A DNA stretch of 64,000 bases from a virus (IMGVR_UViG_2684623153_000002:15828-79827), one strand, 5' to 3'; counted from the stretch's first letter, positions 30,568-39,580 are shown. Numbers and translations are program-made. Notes: a model not told the origin generated them from the sequence alone.

Positions 30568-32524
30568 TCGTATCCTCCTCATTTGTTATCACTCGAAGCT
30601 CCTTGTCTTGTTTAGAAACGATCAAGCTAATAACTTGAGCATTCACATCGATTAGATTCGTGACCGCCTCGCTGTTATCAACGAAGATCGGCGCAGAAAT
30701 ACCATAATGCTCATTCAATGTATTAATGATGTCTAAACCGACATTAATACGCGCCGCATTGTTTAGGCCTTTAGAGTAAGGAACACCTTCATACAGCGTT
30801 TCGCAGGTCTCAGTTAACCCACCATTCACTTGCTCCTCAAACAATTTGAAGCGAGCGTACTTGAATTTGCTGTTTATCCGTTCTTCCATAAGGTTCATTT
30901 TGGTGCGTATAAATTCTTCAATCAGAAATGACTGTTGCTCGACTTCATTGTAGTCATCAGCCATTTTACGTTCTTCCTCTTTTAGCTCTTCAATCCGTTT
31001 CAGAGCTTGTTTGGCTTTATCAATGCAAAGTAAATCATTAAGAACCAATTTCATTTCTTGCTTTTTTTCCTTGATCTGCTCGTTAATCGTTTGAACAGCT
31101 CCACTTGTCTCCTGCTCATCAGACTGGATCTCGTTATTGATCTTTTCGAGCTCCTCGATCTTGGCTAGATACAATGGATTTTCGGAAAGCGGAGCAATGG
31201 ACGCTTCAGCTTGCTCCATATTTTCTTTCAGTTTTTCTAAATTTGAAGCCTTAAATTTCTCTTCCAAATTCAACTTTTGAATTTGCTCATCAACTTCATA
31301 CAGCTCATTTTGCTTATTGTCATATTCAATTCCTAATTGTTTCCCTTTATCTACTATGCGCTCTAGGGATTCACTTTTTTGTAAATTGAATTTCTCAATA
31401 GCAGCATTAATTTCACTTTCAGGAAGTGCTTGTCCGCAAGTCGGACATTCTGTTTGATGATCCTCAAACGTTTCTTCATTTTTTTTAGACCATTGTTCCC
31501 GCAACTCAAACCGTTCTTTATCTATTTGAGATAAAAAAGATGTTAAGTGCTCCTTCTTCGTGATCAAGTTTATGAGATCATTTTGGGTTTGAGTAAGACT
31601 GTTTTTCGCTAAGTAATAGGCCTCTTTTTTCTCATTCACTACCTGAAATCTTTTTGAATCATGCTCATTCATGATTTGTTGCAAATCGCCTTCGAGCTGC
31701 AGCATACGTTTTTTACGTTCAGCACCCGCATCCGCTCTGATAGAGCGAGCTTTCTCTTCCAATGCCATAAGTGATGACTCCAGAGCTTTTAGCTCTTCTT
31801 TCAGTTGTTCATGGTCAAAATCACTGACATCATCAATAGAGCGGTTGATTTCATCTATCCTTACCGGATATTGCTCCAGGTTCTTAGTGATCTTTTTACG
31901 TTTTTCAGTAAGGATGCGCTTTTTCTCATCCAGACTTTTTCCATCTAAGATGGATTGAAGCTTTGACAATGATTTGTTTTTTGAAATAACGTCCTCATCA
32001 GTCACAGCACCACCGATCTCCATGAGAACGTTTAGGCGATCCTGCCACTTCATTTGTTCGTTGAAATAACTTGGGGACGTAATGAGTTTGAAAATATCCT
32101 CAGAGATGATCTCATTGACCTTCTCAGCAAACTCTTTTTTCTTAACTGGCACGTCATTGACATAATAGTCAGTGGTATGGCCAGAAAAGACTTGCTTTGC
32201 TGATCCCCGTTTCTTGGTCCATTTCTCTGAATAGACCTTTTTCAATTCAACGGACTTTCCATCGATTAAGAGTACAGCCGATACCTCATGATCAACGCCG
32301 CTTACCGCTTTGTTGTCCTTGGAAAGCGTCTTGATCTCAAAATCTTTTTTGTTTTGGCTGTCTTTATCAAAGAGCAACCACATGAAAGCATCAAACAACG
32401 TTGTTTTGCCTGTAGCGTTATCACCATAGACCTTTGCACTTTCTCCACCTGTTTCAAGGGTGAATGATTTTACACCCTTGAAATTTGATAGATGGAGTTC
32501 TGCCAACCTGATATTTTTGGTCAT
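30560..32524 (-). CDS. SbcC/Rad50-like AAA ATPase with coiled coil
   Basis: GDNATGKTT, CPTCGQ zinc hook, PIFVDNSE. Confidence 0.9.
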   Translation of the reverse strand: MTKNIRLAELHLSNFKGVKSFTLETGGESAKVYGDNATGKTTLFDAFMWLLFDKDSQNKKDFEIKTLSKDNKAVSGVDHEVSAVLLIDGKSVELKKVYSEKWTKKRGSAKQVFSGHTTDYYVNDVPVKKKEFAEKVNEIISEDIFKLITSPSYFNEQMKWQDRLNVLMEIGGAVTDEDVISKNKSLSKLQSILDGKSLDEKKRILTEKRKKITKNLEQYPVRIDEINRSIDDVSDFDHEQLKEELKALESSLMALEEKARSIRADAGAERKKRMLQLEGDLQQIMNEHDSKRFQVVNEKKEAYYLAKNSLTQTQNDLINLITKKEHLTSFLSQIDKERFELREQWSKKNEETFEDHQTECPTCGQALPESEINAAIEKFNLQKSESLERIVDKGKQLGIEYDNKQNELYEVDEQIQKLNLEEKFKASNLEKLKENMEQAEASIAPLSENPLYLAKIEELEKINNEIQSDEQETSGAVQTINEQIKEKKQEMKLVLNDLLCIDKAKQALKRIEELKEEERKMADDYNEVEQQSFLIEEFIRTKMNLMEERINSKFKYARFKLFEEQVNGGLTETCETLYEGVPYSKGLNNAARINVGLDIINTLNEHYGISAPIFVDNSEAVTNLIDVNAQVISLIVSKQDKELRVITNEEDTNE

Positions 32525-32571
32525 GAACAAGCCTCCATTGATTTACAGTGCCAACCTGCTATAATAGGGGT

Positions 32572-32632
32572 TGACACTTTTATTTTCTTTTTCTTGTAAT
32601 TGGTTCACTTGTGGGAGTGAACCTTTTTATTT
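32572..32632 (+). ncRNA. Candidate tiny counter-oriented RNA
   Basis: TTGATT-16-TATAAT with TG extension (32538-32565); terminator GGTTCACT/AGTGAACC plus T-run. Confidence 0.5.
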
Positions 32633-32845
32633 TGTATTCACAAATTTGAAGTCAAGATTCTCCTTCAAATATCGATTCAAATTATCCAGGAGAATCCTTT
32701 CCCCGACATTCTCATCAATGACATACTCATCATTAGAAAAAATCTCATCCCCAAAGTAGTCAGTTCCAACAACATCAACCACTTCAACGCCCTTTGGGTA
32801 TCCAGTGGCATTTATTTGAGTGATCATTGGATGTTCAATGTTCAT
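32627..32845 (-). CDS. YqaI-family protein
   Basis: MNIEHPMITQINATGYP; DYFGDEI. Confidence 0.8.
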   Translation of the reverse strand: MNIEHPMITQINATGYPKGVEVVDVVGTDYFGDEIFSNDEYVIDENVGERILLDNLNRYLKENLDFKFVNTK

Positions 32846-33039
32846 GCTAAAACACCAACCTTTCTTCGGATTGCATCGGCTTTGAGCTTTTTGAATTTCT
32901 CAAAAGCCTCTTGATTAGGGAAATAGAAGTGCGGATTTCCATTGTTGTCCATGAGAATGGAGCCATTTACTTTAGATAGTCTTACTTGATCGCCAGTGTG
33001 ATCACTGAATGGTTGTATAACCGCTTTTTCAAAAAACAT
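32842..33039 (-). CDS. Hypothetical phage protein
   Basis: RBS AGGAGG; resembles 63368 product. Confidence 0.7.
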   Translation of the reverse strand: MFFEKAVIQPFSDHTGDQVRLSKVNGSILMDNNGNPHFYFPNQEAFEKFKKLKADAIRRKVGVLA

Positions 33040-33197
33040 AATCTTCGTCCTCCTATGATTTATTGATGCTTATTCGCATCGTCCGACTGCGGATGGTGTT
33101 CAATTGGAATGGATGGGTGTGTGCGCATCGTCCATCCGCAAGCCGGACGACAAGAATAAAACTTGTCGTGCTCTTTAAAGAGCGATATAATTCATAT

Positions 33198-33254
33198 TGA
33201 TCAATTCGTTATTCATGAACTAAGCAGTGAGTGTAGGAGCTTGCTGCTTTTTTC
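33198..33254 (+). ncRNA. Candidate tiny counter-oriented RNA
   Basis: TTGTCG-17-TATAAT (33163-33191); terminator AAGCAGTGAG/CTTGCTGCTT plus T-run. Confidence 0.5.
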
Positions 33255-33396
33255 TTTGTCCTAAACCTAGTTGAGACTTTAAACGGGTTTCAGTTTGAAA
33301 ATTAGAGATCTTCACATCCTCGTCATCACGTAACTTACACATTTCCTTTACTTCCTTAGCCTTCATCAACTTGCTTGCAGTGAACATGTATTTCAT
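33220..33396 (-). CDS. 58-aa hypothetical protein (not in ORF track)
   Basis: MKYMFTASKLMKAKEVKEMC; starts at upstream stop. Confidence 0.6.
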   Translation of the reverse strand: MKYMFTASKLMKAKEVKEMCKLRDDEDVKISNFQTETRLKSQLGLGQRKKQQAPTLTA

Positions 33397-33672
33397 TTAA
33401 ATCAACCCTTTCATTTTGTTTTTTAGTGATTTTGGATATTTGATTTTTGTAATACTTGCAGCCTGTTTTAATAAATGAACTTTAGCTTGGCTTTCGTAAC
33501 GCTGAATTTGGTTTAATGATTTAGCAATATCTTTGTGAGCTGCTAATGCCGTAGCGATATCAGCACTCTCTAGTGCTTTCATTAATCTTTTTTGTAGTTG
33601 TTCAATACAGATCATTTCAGCTGTTATCCCTTCATGATCAATACTCTTGAAAATCGCTTTTCTCATCTTCAT
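33397..33672 (-). CDS. YqaH-like coiled-coil protein
   Basis: Position and size in early operon; GGAGG RBS. Confidence 0.65.
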   Translation of the reverse strand: MKMRKAIFKSIDHEGITAEMICIEQLQKRLMKALESADIATALAAHKDIAKSLNQIQRYESQAKVHLLKQAASITKIKYPKSLKNKMKGLI

Positions 33673-33926
33673 CCTCCAAACAAAGCCATGATGGCTGTAA
33701 TCTGCTGTGTGACTGCCAGTGGATCAATGCCGCATAATGTAGCAATCATTGCTTCTTTAGCGTTTGTGGCTTCCATCCACCTTACATATGTAGGTACATC
33801 AAGCACCTTCTGATCATTTTCGATCTTTGATATGCAACTGCGAGAGCGGCTAAGCATTTCCGCTAACTTCTCTTGGGAAATGCCTGCTTGCACTCGGGCT
33901 TTACGAAGCACCACACCCAACTTCAA
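33669..33926 (-). CDS. XRE-family HTH regulator
   Basis: LRKARVQAGISQEKLAEML..SCISKIEND. Confidence 0.85.
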   Translation of the reverse strand: MKLGVVLRKARVQAGISQEKLAEMLSRSRSCISKIENDQKVLDVPTYVRWMEATNAKEAMIATLCGIDPLAVTQQITAIMALFGG

Positions 33927-33947
33927 AACCTCTCCACCCCCTCTCAA

Positions 33948-33981
33948 TGTTCCTATCTGGAACATGTTCCGAATTGGAACA
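33948..33981. promoter_or_regulatory. Tandem palindromic operators TGTTCC-N5-GGAACA x2
   Basis: 33948-33964 and 33965-33981. Confidence 0.7.
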
Positions 33982-34022
33982 GCAAATCTCATATATCCGC
34001 TGTATTCTAAGGTGGTAAATTC

Positions 34023-34220
34023 TTAATCATTCACTGGCTGAAAGTTGGATTCCATTTGTGACATTTGCCATTCTTCAAGCACTTCTCGTGTAAAGAAGAT
34101 TCTTTTCCTTACTCGGAAGAATGGTATTTGCCGCTCTTTCACCATTGTGTAAACAGTGTCGTGATGTACTCCAAGAAAATCAGCCGTTTCTTGAACACTC
34201 ATAGTTGATTTTGTTGGCAT
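34023..34220 (-). CDS. Excisionase-like HTH protein
   Basis: MSVQETADFLGVHHDTVYTMV..IPFFRV. Confidence 0.85.
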   Translation of the reverse strand: MPTKSTMSVQETADFLGVHHDTVYTMVKERQIPFFRVRKRIFFTREVLEEWQMSQMESNFQPVND

Positions 34221-34249
34221 ATCTTATCTCTCCTAGTCATTAAATTCAA

Positions 34250-34616
34250 TTTCTATTTAAGAAATTTATTTCCGAAAGAAATCCTTAATGTCACAGTCTA
34301 ATTCTTTAGCCAAGATTGGGAGATGGTTTGCTTTAAAGGCATATTCTCCTGTCTCATACTTCATATATGTTGAGGCATTTTTGAATCCTAATGCCTTGGC
34401 CATTTGTTGTAAATTAATTTGTTTGACATTACGTCTCGATTTGACAAATTTTAAATCTAACATATTTCCCTCCTCCCGATTTCTGTTTTAGAAATCCTGT
34501 TGTTGATTCAATAATACATTTCTAAAAAAGAAATTTCAACTGTTTTATTTCTAATTTAGCAATTTATTTTTTTCTACATTGGAAAAATGTTAAGATTTAT
34601 ATTGCTAATATAGAAA
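34250..34616. promoter_or_regulatory. Genetic switch: six 15-bp palindromic operators plus early promoter
   Basis: TTTCTA-N3-TAGAAA variants at 34250, 34480, 34519, 34548, 34571, 34602; minus-strand TTGAAA-17-TATTAT at 34539-34511. Confidence 0.75.
34266..34463 (-). CDS. Cro-like HTH repressor
   Basis: Divergent from repressor; MAKALGFKNASTYMKYETG. Confidence 0.85.
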   Translation of the reverse strand: MLDLKFVKSRRNVKQINLQQMAKALGFKNASTYMKYETGEYAFKANHLPILAKELDCDIKDFFRK

Positions 34617-34630
34617 GTTGGTGATTAAAG

Positions 34631-34996
34631 ATGCTGGCTGTAGGCGAAAGAATAATAAAATTAAGAGAACAAAAACAGTGGAACCAAAAAGAGTTGGCTC
34701 AAAAAATCAATATGAATGTCAGCGTAATGAACAGAATAGAAAAAGGAACACGTCCTTTAACTGATATTGAAATTGTGAAGATCGCTGAGGTTTTTGGGGT
34801 ATCTACAGATTATTTGCTAACTGGAAAAGATTATCGGTATGAAGCAGAACAACTTCTGAGATCAGGCAACGCGTCTACTGCTGCAAGTGATGGAAATACA
34901 GATATAGAAAAGAGAATTGAAAGAATTGAAAGAGCACTAAGACTCCAGGAAGGTCGTAAACCAGGGGATAAGCAAAATGACTTCAATGGTGATTAA
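34631..34996 (+). CDS. ImmR/Xre-like prophage repressor
   Basis: HTH; IAEVFGVSTDYLLTG. Confidence 0.88.
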   Translation: MLAVGERIIKLREQKQWNQKELAQKINMNVSVMNRIEKGTRPLTDIEIVKIAEVFGVSTDYLLTGKDYRYEAEQLLRSGNASTAASDGNTDIEKRIERIERALRLQEGRKPGDKQNDFNGD

Positions 34997-35055
34997 ATAA
35001 AAACACTTCAATTACTTTCATACATGCATGATATTTCTTGAAGGGGGTCCTTATT

Positions 35056-35682
35056 TTGAAAAAGACTTTTTTTTACTTACTTATTGTTTTAATATCAACT
35101 TCTTTAGCTGCTTGTAATGCACAAAGTGCTAAAGTAAATGAATCAAATGAAAAGAGCGATAAACAGGAATCTAATGAGGGGTCATCTGCTAAGAAGAAAA
35201 CTAAAAAAGAAGCAGATGGAACACGAACCGCTCCCATACCTATTAAAGAGCCAATATATTTCAACGATTACATAAGTACTTCAGATAACGAATTTGCTGC
35301 TGAATTAAAAATGAACGTAGAAGAGGTTATACGGGGAGATAAAGCATTTGATGTTTTATATGACAGGAATAGCACAGTTGATAAACCTAAAAAGGGTTTT
35401 GAATGGGCACTTGTTAAGGTCAAAGTGAAGATGACAGATTCTGAAACTGATGATGAACCTCTTCTATTCACCCCGATCCTTAACTTCGATTTTTTTACTA
35501 GTGATGGATCTCCTTACACACAGGAATTAGGTTTTGTAGCTCCAAAGGACTTTAAAGGAGAAGTTTATAATGGCGGTTCTCTTGAAGGTTATATAGTGAA
35601 CCAAGTGAAAAAAGGAGATGACTTTTTAATAGCTTATAAAAGTATATCTACAACAGGTAAACTATTCTTTAAAACTAAATAA
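35056..35682 (+). CDS. Lysogeny-module lipoprotein (possible superinfection exclusion)
   Basis: Lipobox LAAC; GTRTAPIPI; located between repressor and immA. Confidence 0.8.
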   Translation: MKKTFFYLLIVLISTSLAACNAQSAKVNESNEKSDKQESNEGSSAKKKTKKEADGTRTAPIPIKEPIYFNDYISTSDNEFAAELKMNVEEVIRGDKAFDVLYDRNSTVDKPKKGFEWALVKVKVKMTDSETDDEPLLFTPILNFDFFTSDGSPYTQELGFVAPKDFKGEVYNGGSLEGYIVNQVKKGDDFLIAYKSISTTGKLFFKTK

Positions 35683-35710
35683 AAAATGCCCTTATTGGGC
35701 TTTTATTTTT
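35681..35710 (+). terminator. Terminator after lipoprotein gene
   Basis: GCCC-ttatt-GGGC-TTTTATTTTT. Confidence 0.55.
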
Positions 35711-35720
35711 AAACAAAAAC

Positions 35721-35734
35721 AGAACATACGTTTC
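35721..35734. promoter_or_regulatory. Putative LexA (Cheo) box upstream of immA-int
   Basis: aGAACatacGTTTc vs GAAC-N4-GTTC. Confidence 0.5.
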
Positions 35735-35780
35735 TAATTCATTCAATTGTATTCTCATTATAGAAAGGGGCTAATTCACA

Positions 35781-36284
35781 TTGAGGTATATAAATAGTCA
35801 TCTAGAAGATTGGATTGAGTCATTCCTTAGTAATATTGGCATCACTGATCCTTCACAATTAGATAAACACAAAATAGCTAATGACCTAGACATTTGGATA
35901 TTTTATGTTAATGACACGAGTCATTATGTAGAGATTAACAACCTGTACACTATTTTTCTAAATAAAAATCTATCTAAAGTAGAACAATGGCAGGATTTCG
36001 CTCATGAACTTTGCCATATTGTTAGACAATCTAGCAAATTCTCTAATTTTCATCTGACTAAAACTTTATGGAATATCTATCAAGAAAGACAAGCAAATTA
36101 TTTTGCTTATCATTTTTGCATTCCAACATTCATGTTAATAGATTTGGATTTACCCAAAGAACCTGAACTAGCTATCTTGAAAGTTTCTAATATTTTTAAG
36201 GTTACTCCTGAATTTGCAAGTCACCGTTTAAACCTTTATTATCAAAATTTTTTTTCTCAGACAAGGAGCGTTTTATATGGCTAG
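35781..36284 (+). CDS. ImmA/IrrE-family metallopeptidase (anti-repressor)
   Basis: FAHELCH, YQERQANYFA. Confidence 0.88.
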   Translation: MRYINSHLEDWIESFLSNIGITDPSQLDKHKIANDLDIWIFYVNDTSHYVEINNLYTIFLNKNLSKVEQWQDFAHELCHIVRQSSKFSNFHLTKTLWNIYQERQANYFAYHFCIPTFMLIDLDLPKEPELAILKVSNIFKVTPEFASHRLNLYYQNFFSQTRSVLYG

Positions 36285-37560
36285 CATTGAAAAAAGAGGT
36301 AGTAATTCTTTTAGATTAGTTGTTGAAACTGGATATGATGCTAATGGAAAAAGGTTAAGAAAATATAAAACTATTCGTATAGAAGATCATAAACTGTTAA
36401 AAACAAAAAGAAAATTACAGGAGTACCTCTCTGATCAGCTTTATCAGTTCAAGATGGAAGTCAATTCTGGAGAATACATAGAACCTGAAAAATTAACATT
36501 TGAATCTTTTATCGCTAAGTGGAAAGAAAAAAAGCTCTATCAAAAGAGCGGAAAACCGTATTCTCTGACAACATCAGACGTTTATTGGCGTCACTTAAAA
36601 AATCATATCCTCCCCGTTTTTGGACATATGAGGATAGAACGAATAAAGAGTTTACATATCGTAGACTTTTTAGATGATTTATCAAAGGATGGTGCGAGAA
36701 AAGATGGTAAGCCAGGGGGGTTAGGAGAAAGAACAATATTAGATATTTTTAAAATACTACAGGTGGTTTTTAAAACCGCAGCTGAAGAATGGAAGATTAT
36801 CAAGATTGATCCAATGAAGGGATTGCCCTTGCCAATCAACGAGAAGAAGGAAATGAACTATTTTGAAGCTGATGAAGCTGCTCAATGTATTAAGATTCTA
36901 TATGAAGAAGTTGATATTAAATGGAGACTTTATTTCTTAGCAGCGATGATAGGAGGATTGAGACGAGGCGAAGGTCTAGCGCTTGAATGGCATTTAGACG
37001 TGGATTGGGATGCTGGTGGATTTAGAATAAACCGATCTCTTTCAAAGACCATTCAAGGTAAACCGCATGTGAAAGACCCTAAGTCAAAAAGTTCAAAACG
37101 ATTTGTTCAGATGCCAGATTGGTATATGAATGAATTGTCTCTATACTATCATATGTGGAAAAGAGAGAAGGAAAAGCTAAAAGATGCCTGGGAGGGTGGA
37201 GATCATCAATACATCTTTCACAGTGGGTTTGGAAAGCCCTATTACTTTACAACACCAACGACCAAATGGAATCGAATTACACAAAAGTATAGAATAAAAA
37301 ATATCCGTTTACATGATTTGCGTCACACTATGGTTGCTTTATTGATGGAAGCCGGTGAGAGCATAAGTGCTATTCAAAGACGTGCAGGACACGCTAGCGC
37401 CCGAACAACATCTGATATATATGGCCATGTAACAGATGAAATGAAAAAGAGTGCAGCGAATCACTTTAACAAGTTTGATCCTAAACATCTGAGAAACACA
37501 AATTCAGAGATAGGAAATTTCCGTCCCCAAGTCGTCCCCAAGGTTAAAAATAATGCATAA
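36277..37560 (+). CDS. int: Tyrosine integrase
   Basis: GLRRGE, HDLRH, AGH, DIY catalytic motifs. Confidence 0.95.
   Translation: MASIEKRGSNSFRLVVETGYDANGKRLRKYKTIRIEDHKLLKTKRKLQEYLSDQLYQFKMEVNSGEYIEPEKLTFESFIAKWKEKKLYQKSGKPYSLTTSDVYWRHLKNHILPVFGHMRIERIKSLHIVDFLDDLSKDGARKDGKPGGLGERTILDIFKILQVVFKTAAEEWKIIKIDPMKGLPLPINEKKEMNYFEADEAAQCIKILYEEVDIKWRLYFLAAMIGGLRRGEGLALEWHLDVDWDAGGFRINRSLSKTIQGKPHVKDPKSKSSKRFVQMPDWYMNELSLYYHMWKREKEKLKDAWEGGDHQYIFHSGFGKPYYFTTPTTKWNRITQKYRIKNIRLHDLRHTMVALLMEAGESISAIQRRAGHASARTTSDIYGHVTDEMKKSAANHFNKFDPKHLRNTNSEIGNFRPQVVPKVKNNA
37522..37542 (+). repeat. Direct repeat CGTCCCCAAG x2, probable integrase arm-type sites
   Basis: 37522-37531 and 37533-37542 at 3' end of int. 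Confidence 0.65.
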
Positions 37561-37609
37561 TACAAAATTGAGAGATTTCTCATCAAAAATAAAAAAATAG
37601 CCTTCCCCC

Positions 37610-37638
37610 TTGTATTCTAAGGGGGAATTAAATATAAT
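37610..37638 (+). promoter_or_regulatory. sigmaA promoter of tRNA
   Basis: TTGTAT-17-TATAAT. Confidence 0.72.
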
Positions 37639-37658
37639 AATATTTGTTGAAACATCCC

Positions 37659-37731
37659 GGGGCATTAGCTCAGCTGGGAGAGCGCTACGCTGGCAGCGTA
37701 GAGGTCAGCGGTTCGATCCCGCTATGCTCCA
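37659..37731 (+). tRNA. tRNA-Ala (GGC), CCA not encoded
   Basis: GGGGCAT/ATGCTCC acceptor stem with G3:U70; anticodon arm CTACG-CTGGCAG-CGTAG; GGTTCGATCC T-arm. Confidence 0.96.
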
Positions 37732-37735
37732 TACG

Positions 37736-37771
37736 AAAAACCATTCTTGAGAGATCAAGGATGGTTTTTTT
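37736..37771. terminator. Bidirectional terminator after tRNA
   Basis: AAAAACCATTCTTGA-gaga-TCAAGGATGGTTTTTTT. Confidence 0.82.
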
Positions 37772-37784
37772 ATGTATATATTTC

Positions 37785-37973
37785 TTACAGCTCTGTTTGT
37801 TCTTTGTTTTTTCTTAAGCCTAATATCTTTATGATGCGGTACGTAATCACAGAGACATAAGCTGTGATGAGAATGATTGTGTAAGACACAGGAAAATCGC
37901 TCGTCATTCCGTGATAAATGAAATAGATGAACAGCACTGACAGCATGATTACTTGAAACAGTTCCTTTTTCAC
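37785..37973 (-). CDS. Small two-TM membrane protein
   Basis: Two hydrophobic segments; GAGGGGAG RBS; upstream TGaTATAAT. Confidence 0.65.
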   Translation of the reverse strand: MKKELFQVIMLSVLFIYFIYHGMTSDFPVSYTIILITAYVSVITYRIIKILGLRKNKEQTEL

Positions 37974-38036
37974 TTTACTCTCCCCTCATGATCGTGATTT
38001 GGTCGATTATATCACAAATGATGTCATTTTTTGTTA

Positions 38037-38075
38037 GCTATCAGCAAGGGGAAAATCTATTCACCTGCTGATAGC
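38037..38075. terminator. Terminator at end of PBSX-like lysis operon
   Basis: GCTATCAGCA...TGCTGATAGC inverted repeat. Confidence 0.65.
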
Positions 38076-38088
38076 CCTTTTTGAATGA

Positions 38089-38892
38089 TCATTTTTTCAG
38101 CAACTGTTCCATTTTGCTCTTCGTCTTCGGACCGTAAATCCCGTCTGCCGCTAGACTATTCATGAGCTGGAACCGCTTGACCGCATTCGCTGTTTTTGGT
38201 CCATAATAGCCATCAACACCGTTGTTTTTTGCCCCTTTGTCTGGGTAAAAATAGAGGGAAGATAAGGCTTTTTGCACAGCTGTGACTTGTGCTCCTTTTG
38301 TTAGGGGCTTGGTTATTTTTAAGATGCCAGATGGCAGATTTGACGATTTCTGTTTGGAAACTGGTGCTTTGTGACTCAAGCTCTCTGTTCGAACTGGCTT
38401 TCTTGTCCTTTTGCTGCCGGTATGGGCTGTGGCTATTCCAGCTTTAAATTGATCCCACCTTCCGAGCAATTTCCTTGGACATTCTTTTCCGCTCCAATGT
38501 TTATGAGGCACTACATTTGATAAAGGAATCCGCAAATCGCCCATTAGCTTTCGAATGAGCCATTGGGCGTTTTCGACTGCTTGTTCAAAGTTGCCGTCTG
38601 TATTTTCGCAAATTTCAATTCCGATTGATTTCATATTGCCATTGCCTCTTCCATCTCCTGCATGCCAGCCATTCTCGGTTAACGGTAAATGCTGATAAAT
38701 GACCTGATCGTCGACAGTGTAATGCCAGCTGACCCCAGTACTTGAACGCGCAACAAACGCAGCGTGACTCCCCGCATTTGCACCTTTTGCCGTGTTAGAG
38801 GTATTATGCACCGTAATATAGAGCGGCTTCATCGTATTTCCTGGTCTGTTGCGGTTGTGTTTTGGAATATAGGCTTGAATGATATTGACCAT
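38089..38892 (-). CDS. N-acetylmuramoyl-L-alanine amidase endolysin (XlyA/B-like)
   Basis: ITVHNT, SWHYTVDD, GWHAGDG, KECP; C-terminal PG-binding domain. Confidence 0.93.
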   Translation of the reverse strand: MVNIIQAYIPKHNRNRPGNTMKPLYITVHNTSNTAKGANAGSHAAFVARSSTGVSWHYTVDDQVIYQHLPLTENGWHAGDGRGNGNMKSIGIEICENTDGNFEQAVENAQWLIRKLMGDLRIPLSNVVPHKHWSGKECPRKLLGRWDQFKAGIATAHTGSKRTRKPVRTESLSHKAPVSKQKSSNLPSGILKITKPLTKGAQVTAVQKALSSLYFYPDKGAKNNGVDGYYGPKTANAVKRFQLMNSLAADGIYGPKTKSKMEQLLKK

Positions 38893-38911
38893 ATTGTTTC
38901 TCCTTCAACGA

Positions 38912-39175
38912 TTATTTGGTTAGCCCTCTTTGTTTCAGTGTATCTTTTTGTAATTGACCTTTGTAGGTCACATAATTGTTTTTAAACCAAGCGATAATGG
39001 CTGTCACCATCGTAAAAATGGTGGAACCTGCTACATATAGTGCCTCACCAGCGGTTTGTACTTGCTCCTCACTAATCGGCAGCACCGTCTGTCCAAACAT
39101 GACAAGCGTTTGATTGATGAGTGCAATAAAAAGAAGCACTGTTCGAATGACAGTGCCTTTGTCGAATGTTTTCAT
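38912..39175 (-). CDS. xhlB: Holin, SPP1 family
   Basis: [18 protein letters not shown]...WFKNNYVT. Confidence 0.92.
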   Translation of the reverse strand: MKTFDKGTVIRTVLLFIALINQTLVMFGQTVLPISEEQVQTAGEALYVAGSTIFTMVTAIIAWFKNNYVTYKGQLQKDTLKQRGLTK

Positions 39176-39186
39176 GATATTTCCTC

Positions 39187-39399
39187 CTATTTTAAATTCC
39201 GTTCAATTTTGTCGAGTTTGTCAATGACGACGTCATACTTTTCACTAAACTTTGCTAACACATCATTTTGCGCCTCGATTTGTTCGTTGAGCTTGTTTTC
39301 TCGTTCTTTTGTTGTGTTGAGAACATAAAACAGAATCCAGCAAAAGAGAACAGCAAATGGGCCCTGTGTCATTAAGTTTTGAACGACATCTACTTCCAT
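39187..39399 (-). CDS. xhlA: BhlA/UviB-family holin-like peptide
   Basis: [21 protein letters not shown]. Confidence 0.85.
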   Translation of the reverse strand: MEVDVVQNLMTQGPFAVLFCWILFYVLNTTKERENKLNEQIEAQNDVLAKFSEKYDVVIDKLDKIERNLK

Positions 39400-39436
39400 T
39401 GGAATCACCTTCTTTCCGGCAAAAAAAATAAAGCCA

Positions 39437-39580
39437 TTAGGCTTCGTATATTTCTCCAGTTATATTTTGATAGTCGTCTGCCGAGATCCAGCCAATGCTT
39501 ACATAAAATGCAATGTCCTCTGAGTCGTAACACTGCCAGTCCCAGAATTGTTTGATATCCGCTACAGTCGGAAACATCAT
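39437..39580 (-). CDS. xkdX: XkdX-family protein (not in ORF track)
   Basis: MMFPTVADIKQFWDWQCY...YQNITGEIYEA. Confidence 0.82.
   Translation of the reverse strand: MMFPTVADIKQFWDWQCYDSEDIAFYVSIGWISADDYQNITGEIYEA

Noticed and set aside
34631-37560. Arbitrium or Rap-Phr communication system
   Set aside because: No TPR receptor or pro-peptide gene; the switch is of ImmR/ImmA type
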